A DNA stretch of 64,000 bases, taken from contig DASZTL010000091.1 in NCBI GenBank assembly GCA_035548055.1, forward strand, positions 10,923 through 74,922, in the 5' to 3' direction. The DNA is from Mycobacteriales bacterium (GTDB taxonomy: Bacteria > Actinomycetota > Actinomycetes > JAFAQI01). The first letter of the stretch is position 1. Every line of letters starts with the position of its first letter. Below the pieces are notes generated by a model. That model worked only from the letters and a program-made list of their open reading frames with translations. It searched no databases and was not told the DNA's origin. Both the position numbers and the translations under genes were made by a program. Below, one piece after another: positions 10,640 to 18,101 of this stretch.

Positions 10640-10858
10640 CGATCACGTGGTCAGCGCCGTCTGTCGCTCCTGACGCGGAACGGCCGCGACGGCACCTTCG
10701 GACGCTTACGCGGCAACGCACATCGCACGGTCGCCGGGCCGCGTAGGTGCCGTCACGGTACGAGGCTCCCATCCGGTCGCGAGCGGTACCTCGCGAGCAC
10801 TTCCGCGAAAGCGACTTCGGCCACGAAGTCGCACATGAAGTATGTCGCGCGCCACTTC

Positions 10859-10971
10859 GCTGCGACGGTGTTGCCGTTTGGCCGGTGCCGGTGCAGGTGC
10901 CGGTGCCGATACCGAGGCGACGCCGGCTTCCCGCTTCTCGACGCTTGCCGCCCACCGCGCCGACGTACGGC
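10859..10971 (-). pseudogene. Fragment of an IclR-family gene (C-terminal effector-domain codons only)
   Basis: The minus strand reads ..[19 protein letters not shown].., versus ..[20 protein letters not shown].. in the intact gene at 12122..12832. There is no start codon, the frame is broken by a hexamer repeat, and the tail is deleted. Confidence 0.6.
10884..10907. repeat. Hexanucleotide tandem repeat (GGTGCM)x4 inside the iclR fragment
   Basis: ggtgcc ggtgca ggtgcc ggtgcc, read directly. It replaces the sequence present at the equivalent place in copy B. Confidence 0.85.
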
Positions 10972-10996
10972 AGTAGACCGAACCTGCGTCGCGGTG

Positions 10997-11440
10997 ATGC
11001 AACTCGTCGAGCGATGTCACCATTCGCGGGTGAGATGCCGCGGGAGGCTCGCAGCAGAGGTGGTCGGCCTCGTGGTCGGTGGGGCCTTCACCTTGGTGGG
11101 TCCTGCTGGGGCGGCGGTGTCCTCGAATGATCACTGCGCTGGCGGTCCCGCCCTCACCACAATGGTGATCAACTGGGATGGCCCCCACGAGAGCGCCACC
11201 GCCGGTAGAGATTCGATAGTCCGAGTCGTGACTTATCGCAGCCCCAACTGGCACGTGTCCTTCCCGCGCCCGGTGCACCATGCCGGCGCGGTGTGCGAGG
11301 TGTCACGCCACCGGGTGTCGAAGCACCGCGTCGTCGCCAAGTTCCGGACGCTTCGGGCTCGGACCGTCGAGTTCGCCTCGGTCGCAGTGCGCGATGGCTC
11401 CGCGCCGGCCGACGCGGCCAACCTGAGCATCACGCGCTAG
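10997..11440 (+). CDS. Hypothetical small secreted protein (orphan)
   Basis: This is the downstream part of ORF 10835..11440. It has a signal-like segment (RLAAEVVGLVVGGAFTLVGPAGAAVSS), two Cys, and mostly G/C third positions with several rare codons (aga, ata, tat, act). The start is uncertain (ATG 10997 or GTG 11030) and I recognised no homolog. Confidence 0.45.
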   Translation: MQLVERCHHSRVRCRGRLAAEVVGLVVGGAFTLVGPAGAAVSSNDHCAGGPALTTMVINWDGPHESATAGRDSIVRVVTYRSPNWHVSFPRPVHHAGAVCEVSRHRVSKHRVVAKFRTLRARTVEFASVAVRDGSAPADAANLSITR

Positions 11441-11483
11441 GCGACACCGAACACGTCGCGGAGTCATACGTAATCTCTCGGAG

Positions 11484-11498
11484 CCGCCGCAACGGCGG
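11484..11498. terminator. Short GC hairpin between the convergent islet genes
   Basis: CCGCCG-caa-CGGCGG lies between stops at 11440 (+) and 11501 (-). There is no clear U-tract. Confidence 0.3.
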
Positions 11499-11500
11499 AT

Positions 11501-11953
11501 CTATCGAGCCGGTTGAAGGATGGTTGCGCCACGGTTTCGGTGTGCCATCCCGACGAGGCGGATCATCCCAAGCCGCTCATAGAAGGGCGCGATCGCTGCG
11601 TCGCAGACGGCATCGACCATGTACGTTCCGGCGAAGTGGCGAAGCACGTGTTGGACTAGCTCGGTCCCGATGCCCTGGCCTCGGAACGCGGCACGCACCT
11701 CCAAGAGCGGGATGTAAACGGCCAGCACGCCATCAGACAGGGCATTGACGAATCCGACGACTCGGTCGTCCTCGCACGCGAGCACCGCAAAAGTACTCGT
11801 CTGCAAGACACGGAGCAGCGCATCTGCGCTCGGAGCCATCGGCCAGCCGTCGAAGAACCCTTCAACCTGGGCGGGTTCGATTCCCTCGAGCGTGGTTCGG
11901 TAGTCGATCACAGGCAGAGCGTGCCGCACGCGTGCACGACGGGCCACGGGCAT
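11501..11953 (-). CDS. GNAT-family N-acetyltransferase
   Basis: ORF 11501..12022. Acetyl-CoA motif is RGQGIGTELV, with a FYERLGM tail. Start is ATG 11953 or GTG 11911 (uncertain). Confidence 0.75.
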   Translation of the reverse strand: MPVARRARVRHALPVIDYRTTLEGIEPAQVEGFFDGWPMAPSADALLRVLQTSTFAVLACEDDRVVGFVNALSDGVLAVYIPLLEVRAAFRGQGIGTELVQHVLRHFAGTYMVDAVCDAAIAPFYERLGMIRLVGMAHRNRGATILQPAR

Positions 11954-11990
11954 CCGGATATACGTCGTTCGGCCCGCATCTCGAACGCGT

Positions 11991-12334
11991 CCGCGGAAGC
12001 GCCTTCGAGCACGAAGTAGCACATCAAGTACGTCGCGCGAGCCACTTCTGGGCTCGTTGTCCGATTCGAGGCGGGCAACATGTGCTACTTCGTGGAAATC
12101 GCAACCGGGAGTAGCGGCTGGTCACCCACCGATCGCTTTGGTCAGTTCCTTCGCTGCTGCCACTACGGCGTTGGCGTGGAGCTTGCCCGGGGTTCTGGTC
12201 AACCGGTCGATCGGGCCGGACACCGACACCGCTGCGACGACACTGCCGTGCGCATCGAAAACCGGTGCCGACACCGAGGCGACACCGGCTTCGCGCTCGG
12301 CCACACTTGCCGCCCAACCGCGGCGACGTACGGC
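11991..12334. repeat. Direct repeat copy B (intact iclR 3' end plus downstream leader)
   Basis: Partner of copy A in the same orientation. It contains the 182 bp that copy A lacks. Confidence 0.75.
12010..12094. repeat. Perfect 15-bp inverted repeat enclosing a 55-nt spacer (85-nt hairpin element)
   Basis: CACGAAGTAGCACAT (12010-12024) pairs with ATGTGCTACTTCGTG (12080-12094). The spacer holds two further small stems (GTTGcCCG/CGGaCAAC and CGAGCC/GGCTCG, minus-strand reading). It lies 28 nt downstream of the iclR stop and upstream of the GNAT. Confidence 0.85.
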
Positions 12335-12832
12335 GGCGAGACCGGCGGCGGAGAACTTCGCGCGCGCCGCAATCGACGCGACATCTGTCGCCGACTCCCA
12401 GGCGAGGAGTACCTGCGCTGCCGACCCTGCGGTCATCGGCAGATCCGCGCCGACCGGGACCGTGTCGCGCAGGCCGCTCGAGCGTTCCGCCGCCGCTACG
12501 CAGCGACGGAACTCCCCGACCCGCCTGTAAAGCTGCGCGCTCTCGTGTGTGCTCGCCGACAGGCGTTCCAGGACGTCCTCCGCCGCGCGCAGCAGGGGAT
12601 CGATTCGACCCGCCGATGCGAGCTCGTACAGATGCGGTCCCAATCCGAACCGACCGTCGCCGTCGCGCTCCACGAGCCCGTGCACCTCGAGCGCCACCGC
12701 GAGCCGGTACGCCGTCGCGCGTGACAACCCGCTGCGCGTCACCAGCTCGGCCAGCGAAGCCGGTCCCGGGCGCAGGCAGTCGAGCACGACCACCGCCTTG
12801 TCAAGGACGCCGACGCTGCTACGCTGTGTCAT
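12122..12832 (-). CDS. IclR-family transcriptional regulator (NdgR/LtbR/AreB-like, divergent from leuCD)
   Basis: ORF 12122..12853 has an N-terminal wHTH ([21 protein letters not shown]) and an IclR effector domain ([15 protein letters not shown]). It is divergent from leuC, as in other actinobacteria. Confidence 0.85.
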   Translation of the reverse strand: MTQRSSVGVLDKAVVVLDCLRPGPASLAELVTRSGLSRATAYRLAVALEVHGLVERDGDGRFGLGPHLYELASAGRIDPLLRAAEDVLERLSASTHESAQLYRRVGEFRRCVAAAERSSGLRDTVPVGADLPMTAGSAAQVLLAWESATDVASIAARAKFSAAGLAAVRRRGWAASVAEREAGVASVSAPVFDAHGSVVAAVSVSGPIDRLTRTPGKLHANAVVAAAKELTKAIGG

Positions 12833-12891
12833 ATCGCAATACTGACGTACCAAATAGTGAGACGCAAGCGGTAAGAGCGAAGGAGCAGCCG

Positions 12892-14262
12892 ATGGCCCGC
12901 ACGCTGGCGGAGAAGGTCTGGGAGCAACACGTCGTACGGCGCACCGAAGGCGAGCCCGACCTCATCTACATCGACCTGCACCTCATCCACGAGGTCACCA
13001 GCCCGCAGGCCTTCGACGGTCTGCGCAACACCGACCGCAAGGTACGGCGACCCGACCTGACCATCGCGACGGAGGACCACAACGTCCCGACCACGCCAGG
13101 CCCGATCGTCGACCCGGTCAGCCTCGCCCAGGTCGAAGCGCTGCGCCGCAACTGCGAAGAGTTCGGCATCCGGCTGCACCCGATGGGCGACGCCGGCCAG
13201 GGCATCGTTCACGTGATCGGCCCGCAGCTGGGCCTCACCCAGCCGGGCATGACCGTCGTGTGCGGCGACAGCCACACCAGCACTCACGGCGCCTTCGGTG
13301 CGCTCGCCTTCGGCATCGGCACCAGCGAGGTCGAGCACGTCCTCGCCACCCAGACCTTGCCGCTGCAGCGTCCCAAGACGATGGCGATCGAGGTCGACGG
13401 CGCGCTGCCCGCGGGCGTCAGCGCCAAGGACCTCGTTCTCGGCATCATCACCCAGATCGGCACCGGCGGCGGCCAGGGCTACGTCATCGAGTACCGCGGC
13501 GAAGCCATCCGCGGGCTGTCGATGGAAGGCCGTATGACGGTCTGCAACATGTCGATCGAGGCCGGCGCCCGCGCCGGCATGATCGCGCCGGACGAGACCA
13601 CCTTCGCCTACCTCAACGACCGTCCCAACGCCCCGAAGGGCGCCGACTGGGACGCGGCCGTTGCCGCTTGGCGCGAGCTCGCCACCGACGACGGCGCGAC
13701 GTTCGACAAGGTCGTGAAGGTCGACGCCACCAAGCTCTCCCCGTGGGTCACCTGGGGCACGAACCCCGGTCAGGGCGCCGCGTTGACCGACTCCGTGCCG
13801 CAGCCCCGAGACGCCGCGGACGAGCGCGCGCTGGAGTACATGGGGCTGACCGCCGGCACCCCGCTCAGTGAGGTCAAAGTCGACACCGTGTTCGTCGGCT
13901 CGTGCACCAACGGCCGACTCGAGGACCTCCGCGCGGTCGCGGAGGTGCTGAAGGGCCGAAAGGTCGCCGACGGCGTACGCATGTTGATCGTGCCCGGGTC
14001 GGTGAAGGTCAAGGAGGCCGCCGAGGCGGAGGGCCTGAACGACATCTTCGAGGCGTCCGGCGCCCAATGGCGTGAGGCCGGATGCTCGATGTGTCTCGCG
14101 ATGAACCCCGACAAGCTCGCACCGGGGGAGCGAAGCGCATCGACTTCGAACCGCAACTTCGAAGGTCGCCAAGGGCCGGGCGGTCGCACCCATCTGGTGT
14201 CGCCCGCAGTCGCTGCCGCGACGGCCGTCACCGGCAAGCTGACCGCTCCGGCAAGTCTGTAG
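12892..14262 (+). CDS. leuC: 3-isopropylmalate dehydratase large subunit
   Basis: ATG 12892 follows GAAGGAG and gives [13 protein letters not shown]. Aconitase-family motifs are VCGDSHT and GSCTNGR. The upstream part of ORF 12265.. is a GC artefact. Confidence 0.92.
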   Translation: MARTLAEKVWEQHVVRRTEGEPDLIYIDLHLIHEVTSPQAFDGLRNTDRKVRRPDLTIATEDHNVPTTPGPIVDPVSLAQVEALRRNCEEFGIRLHPMGDAGQGIVHVIGPQLGLTQPGMTVVCGDSHTSTHGAFGALAFGIGTSEVEHVLATQTLPLQRPKTMAIEVDGALPAGVSAKDLVLGIITQIGTGGGQGYVIEYRGEAIRGLSMEGRMTVCNMSIEAGARAGMIAPDETTFAYLNDRPNAPKGADWDAAVAAWRELATDDGATFDKVVKVDATKLSPWVTWGTNPGQGAALTDSVPQPRDAADERALEYMGLTAGTPLSEVKVDTVFVGSCTNGRLEDLRAVAEVLKGRKVADGVRMLIVPGSVKVKEAAEAEGLNDIFEASGAQWREAGCSMCLAMNPDKLAPGERSASTSNRNFEGRQGPGGRTHLVSPAVAAATAVTGKLTAPASL

Positions 14263-14276
14263 AAGGGATCGCAGCC

Positions 14277-14864
14277 ATGGAGAAGTTCACGGTTCACACC
14301 GGCCGCGCGGTCCCGTTGCGTCGCAGCAACGTCGACACCGACCAGATCATCCCGGCCGAGTACCTCAAGCGGGTCACTCGAAGCGGATTCGAGGACGGCT
14401 TGTTCGGCGCGTGGCGCAAGGACCCGTCGTTCGTCCTCAACGACAGCCGGTACGACAGCGCGACGATTCTCGTCGCGGGCCCCGACTTCGGCACCGGCTC
14501 GTCGCGAGAGCACGCGGTGTGGGCGCTGCAGGACTACGGGTTCCGCGTTGTCATCTCGCCGCGGTTCGCCGACATCTTCCGGGGGAACGCGCTCAAGGGC
14601 GGCCTCTTGCCGGTGCAGCTCGACGAGAGCGACGTCGCGAAGCTGCAGGACATCGCCGAGACGAATCCGGCTGCCGAGATCACCGTCGACCTGGACGGTC
14701 GCGAGGTGCGCGCGCCGGGCCTCACGGTGAGATTCGACATCGACGACTACACGCGCTGGCGGCTGATGGAGGGTCTCGACGACATCGGCCTTACGTTGCG
14801 CCATACGGATGACATCTCGGCGTTCGAGGCGGCTCGCCCGGCCTATCTGCCCGTCACCCAGTAG
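14277..14864 (+). CDS. leuD: 3-isopropylmalate dehydratase small subunit
   Basis: ATG 14277 gives [33 protein letters not shown] motif is present. Confidence 0.92.
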   Translation: MEKFTVHTGRAVPLRRSNVDTDQIIPAEYLKRVTRSGFEDGLFGAWRKDPSFVLNDSRYDSATILVAGPDFGTGSSREHAVWALQDYGFRVVISPRFADIFRGNALKGGLLPVQLDESDVAKLQDIAETNPAAEITVDLDGREVRAPGLTVRFDIDDYTRWRLMEGLDDIGLTLRHTDDISAFEAARPAYLPVTQ

Positions 14865-14983
14865 AAAAATTGCTGGCGACACAACAAAAAAGTGCGCCGG
14901 AATCGTTGTGCCGGAGTCGAATACGTCCTAGCGTCCCCGCGTGAGTCGAGGGCGGTCCTCGACGTGAATTGCGGAGGGTGCAA

Positions 14984-15472
14984 GTGAACAGGGCCGAACT
15001 GATCGACTCGATTCGCGACCGGCTGGGCGCGTCCAAGGCAGACGCCGAGAACGCGGTCGACGCCGTGCTCGACACCATTCAGCGTGCTGTCGCGGCCGGT
15101 GAGCGCGTCGCGATCACCGGCTTCGGTGTCTTCGAGCGGGTCGACCGCGCGGCTCGGACCGGGCGCAACCCGCGCACCGGCCAGACCGTCAAGGTGAAGG
15201 CGACGTCGGTGCCGAAGTTCCGTCCCGGCACGCAGTTCAAGGGTGTCGTCAGCGGGTCGATCAAGCTGGCGAAGGTGACCGACGCCGCGACGAAGGCCGC
15301 CGCCAAGTCGACCGCCTCCACGGCTCGTAGCGCGGGCAAGACCGCCGCCGCGGGCCCGCGCAAGGCGGCAGCCGCGGCCAAGACGGCGGCGAAGAAGGCA
15401 GCCAAGGCGCCGGCCAAGAAGGCGCCGGCAAAGAAGAGCACCGCGAAGAAGGCTCCTGCAAAGAAGCGCTAA
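14984..15472 (+). CDS. hupB: HU-type nucleoid protein with a Lys/Ala-rich C-terminal tail
   Basis: GTG 14984 follows GGAGGG. The HU fold is recognisable (NRAELIDSI.., GFGVFE, RNPRTGQ), followed by AAKK/PAKK repeats like mycobacterial HupB. Confidence 0.88.
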   Translation: MNRAELIDSIRDRLGASKADAENAVDAVLDTIQRAVAAGERVAITGFGVFERVDRAARTGRNPRTGQTVKVKATSVPKFRPGTQFKGVVSGSIKLAKVTDAATKAAAKSTASTARSAGKTAAAGPRKAAAAAKTAAKKAAKAPAKKAPAKKSTAKKAPAKKR

Positions 15473-15485
15473 CGACGCAGCGTCA

Positions 15486-15704
15486 TCAGCGCTTGCTCTG
15501 CGCCGGGTCGGGGAAGGTCGCGATCGTCAGCGACCTGACCCGCCCGGCGTCGTCAATTTCCAGCCGTACCCGCTGACCGAGCCGCAGCAGCCGAAGACCA
15601 GACGTTGCGAATGCCGCGGCGTCGAATGCCAACACACTGCCGTCATCAAGCAACAGGTCGCCGCTCCTGGCGACCTCGTCGAAGTTGCGAACCGTGCCCT
15701 GCAT
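15486..15704 (-). CDS. Small conserved protein with a cold-shock-domain-like pattern
   Basis: 72 aa (MQGTVRNFDE..GDLLLDDGSVLAF..GQRVRLEI). Its start codon (15702-15704) directly abuts the fbiD stop codon (15706-15708), consistent with translational coupling. Confidence 0.6.
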   Translation of the reverse strand: MQGTVRNFDEVARSGDLLLDDGSVLAFDAAAFATSGLRLLRLGQRVRLEIDDAGRVRSLTIATFPDPAQSKR

Positions 15705-15705
15705 C

Positions 15706-16359
15706 TCACAGGCCTTCTGCGACGGGCAGCTCGGCGAGTGCGCGTTTCGTCGCCTCGCCCACCCCGAGGTCCACTGCGCCGCTCAGCCCGTCGACGGTGT
15801 CGACGTCACGACGCACCGACTCGGGCGCGAGCTCGGTGAGATCAGCCGCTCCCGCAGCGAGATGCGCGGCGAACGACTCCACCCCGAAGCGCGGGGCGAA
15901 CCGTGCCGCCGACTTGGCACACAGCAGCGTCGTCCCGCTGCCGGAGAGATCCGCGACCGCCGCCAGGTCGTGCTCCATCGCCCGGCTCAGGACCAGGCCG
16001 AGGTCGTCCGAGCGAAGCGACGGGAGGTCCGAGGCCAAGGCGCCGACCCTGGTCATCGGCGCCGACTCGCTTGCCGCGACGGCGACACCATGCACCAGTG
16101 CGGCGTTCAGGCCGGCGTCCGGTTCGTCCGCCACCACGCGCAAGCCGAGCGGCGCCAGGGCTGCGCGTGCCCGCGCGTCGTCCGTGACCACGACGACTGC
16201 CGACACCAGTGCACATCCCAGTGCGGCGGCGACAGTGTCGACCGCCATCGCGATCGCGAGTGAGGCGCGGGACGCCGCGTCGAGACCGAGTCTTGTCTTG
16301 GCGTTCTCCACGCGCTTGACCGGTACGACGAGCGACCACCGGTCGGCGGGCTGGGTCAT
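15706..16359 (-). CDS. fbiD: FbiD/CofC guanylyltransferase (F420 biosynthesis)
   Basis: ATG 16359 gives [34 protein letters not shown] and GTTLL motifs are present. Confidence 0.8.
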   Translation of the reverse strand: MTQPADRWSLVVPVKRVENAKTRLGLDAASRASLAIAMAVDTVAAALGCALVSAVVVVTDDARARAALAPLGLRVVADEPDAGLNAALVHGVAVAASESAPMTRVGALASDLPSLRSDDLGLVLSRAMEHDLAAVADLSGSGTTLLCAKSAARFAPRFGVESFAAHLAAGAADLTELAPESVRRDVDTVDGLSGAVDLGVGEATKRALAELPVAEGL

Positions 16360-17086
16360 GTCTGGCATCCTCGCAGGGGTGCGATACGGGCGGCTCGGCT
16401 TTTGGTACCGCCTCGTGGTGGTCGTGGTCAGTCCGCTGCTGCGGATCTCCACCATTCGTGACTGGCGAGGCCAGGACCGCATCCCCAAGTCCGGTGGTGT
16501 GATCCTCGCCGCCAACCATCTCAGCTACGTCGATCCGCTGACGCTCGGCCTGTACGTTCTGGAGTCCGGCCGGGTCCCGTACTACCTGGCCAAGTCCTCC
16601 TTGTTCGAGATTCCGTTCCTCAAGCGAGTGTTCATCGGCGCGAACCAGATTCCCGTCTACCGAGGCACCGTCGACGCAGCCAACGCTCTCACCGCGGCGA
16701 TCGACGCGGTGAAGGAGGGCAAGTCGGTGCTGATCTATCCCGAGGGCAGCGCGACCCGGGATCCCGACTGCTGGCCCATGAAGGCTCGCACCGGCGTCGC
16801 GCGACTCGCGCTCGAGACCGGGGCGCCCGTCGTACCGCTTGCGCAGTGGGGACCGCAACGCTTGTGGAAGTACAAGGCAAAGCTGCCGCGCCCCTTCCCG
16901 CGTAAGCGGATCCAGGTCGTCACCGGCGAGCCGATCGACTTGTCGAGGTACGCCGGCCGGCCGATCGATGCCGAGCTTCTGCATGAGGTCACCGAGGTCG
17001 TGATGGCGCGGATCACCGACCTGCTCGTCGAGCTGCGGGGTGGGACCCCGCCGGCGGTCACGTTCGATCCGAAGGCGGCTGCATGA
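16358..17086 (+). CDS. plsC: 1-acyl-sn-glycerol-3-phosphate acyltransferase
   Basis: Acyltransferase HX4D motif is ANHLSYVDP; [10 protein letters not shown] is also present. Start is ATG 16358 or GTG 16379 (uncertain). Confidence 0.8.
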   Translation: MSGILAGVRYGRLGFWYRLVVVVVSPLLRISTIRDWRGQDRIPKSGGVILAANHLSYVDPLTLGLYVLESGRVPYYLAKSSLFEIPFLKRVFIGANQIPVYRGTVDAANALTAAIDAVKEGKSVLIYPEGSATRDPDCWPMKARTGVARLALETGAPVVPLAQWGPQRLWKYKAKLPRPFPRKRIQVVTGEPIDLSRYAGRPIDAELLHEVTEVVMARITDLLVELRGGTPPAVTFDPKAAA

Positions 17087-18093
17087 CACGGGCTGCGGTG
17101 ATCGGGGCGGGATCGTGGGGGACGGCGTTCGCACAGGTGCTCACCGACTCCGGCACGGACACCGTCGTGTGCGCCCGGCGCGACGCGCTCGCCGACGCGA
17201 TCAACAACTCCCACCAGAACCCGGACTACCTCCCGGGCATCCACCTCAACTCCAAGTTGCGCGCGACCGCGGACCCGAGAGTCGCACTCGATGGCGCGGA
17301 CATCGTCGTCCTCGCGGTTCCCTCGCAGACGTTGCGGGCCAACCTCGTCGAGCTCGTCGACCTGCTGCCCCGTGACGCCACGCTCGTGAGCCTGATGAAG
17401 GGCATCGAACTCGGCACCGACAAGCGAATGACCGAGGTGATCCGGGAGGTCGTCGGAGTCCCGCAGGAGCGTGTCGCTGCCATCTCCGGGCCGAACCTCG
17501 CCAAGGAGATCGCCAGTCGTGAGCCGGCAGCGGCCGTCGTCGCCTGCACCGATCTCGACATCGCTCGTCAGGTGCAGGCTGCGTGCAACTCCGGCTACTT
17601 CCGCCCGTACCGCAACCACGACGTGATCGGCGTCGAGTTCGGTGGTGCGGTGAAGAACGTCATCGCGCTTGCCGTCGGGATGGCCGCCGGCCTCGGGTTC
17701 GGTGACAACGCGCGCGCGTCGCTGATCACCCGGGGTCTGGCCGAGACCGCCCGGATCGGTGTCGCGATGGGTGCCGAGCCGCTGACGTTCGCCGGCCTCG
17801 CCGGGATGGGGGACCTGGTGGCGACCTGCTCGTCGCCGTTGTCCCGCAACCGGACCTTCGGCGAGGACCTCGGCCGCGGCCTGTCGGTCGAGCAGGTGAT
17901 CGCAAAGACCAAGCAGACCGCCGAAGGCGTGAAGTCCTGCAAGTCGATCCTCGACCTCGCCCGCAACCACGGTGTGGCGGCGCCGATCACCGAGCACGTC
18001 GTCAAGGTCGTCGACCAAGGCATCACGGTTCCTGACATGCTGGCGTCGTTGCTCGCAAGCGCTCCGAAACACGAGCAGGACGCTGATGTCTGA
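17083..18093 (+). CDS. gpsA: NAD(P)H-dependent glycerol-3-phosphate dehydrogenase
   Basis: 336 aa with [25 protein letters not shown] and AEGVKS motifs. ATGA overlap with plsC. Confidence 0.9.
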   Translation: MTRAAVIGAGSWGTAFAQVLTDSGTDTVVCARRDALADAINNSHQNPDYLPGIHLNSKLRATADPRVALDGADIVVLAVPSQTLRANLVELVDLLPRDATLVSLMKGIELGTDKRMTEVIREVVGVPQERVAAISGPNLAKEIASREPAAAVVACTDLDIARQVQAACNSGYFRPYRNHDVIGVEFGGAVKNVIALAVGMAAGLGFGDNARASLITRGLAETARIGVAMGAEPLTFAGLAGMGDLVATCSSPLSRNRTFGEDLGRGLSVEQVIAKTKQTAEGVKSCKSILDLARNHGVAAPITEHVVKVVDQGITVPDMLASLLASAPKHEQDADV

Positions 18094-18101
18094 CCACGAC
18101 G

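Larger units (their letters stand above)
10803..10971. repeat. Direct repeat copy A (degenerate copy of the iclR 3' end plus its downstream leader block)
   Basis: By manual alignment, 10803-10858 matches 11991-12048 (49/56 plus a 2-nt indel). 10859-10971 matches 12231-12334, at about 86% over the last 72 nt. Copy A lacks the 182 bp at 12049-12230. Confidence 0.75.

Noticed and set aside
10815-10835. An HEVAH (HExxH zinc-protease-like) motif on the + strand in both copies of the repeated block (also 12010-12024).
   Set aside because: The two + strand frames lose register after a 2-nt indel. Differences between copies are mostly non-synonymous. The ORFs are short and otherwise Arg-rich. The motif is most simply a by-product of the CACGAAGTNGCACAT repeat.
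11501-12121. The islet GNAT as the toxin of a GNAT/RHH toxin-antitoxin pair.
   Set aside because: There is no small antitoxin ORF upstream or overlapping. The upstream 170-210 nt is occupied by the inverted-repeat element. The GNAT sequence looks like an ordinary small acetyltransferase.
9907-12121. A classical tRNA-targeting integrative element (integrase plus att repeats).
   Set aside because: The window has no integrase, excisionase or transposase ORF. By eye I found no direct repeat of the tRNA-Glu 3' end (apart from a 7-nt TACTCCA) at the far side. A computational repeat search is still needed.
12265-12891. A 209-codon N-terminal extension of leuC in the ORF track (665 aa).
   Set aside because: The extension is Arg/Pro-rich and overlaps the iclR gene on the opposite strand. 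ATG 12892 has a GAAGGAG SD and gives the canonical LeuC N-terminus.
15240-15472. Apparent tandem repeats (AAKK/PAKK, Ala/Glu/Pro runs) in the hupB tail, the rpsP tail (46840-47057), the ftsY N-terminus (35600-35720) and the rpsB tail (57420-57617).
   Set aside because: These are in-frame low-complexity coding tails typical of actinobacterial HU, S16, FtsY and S2. They are not CRISPR, satellite or mobile repeats.
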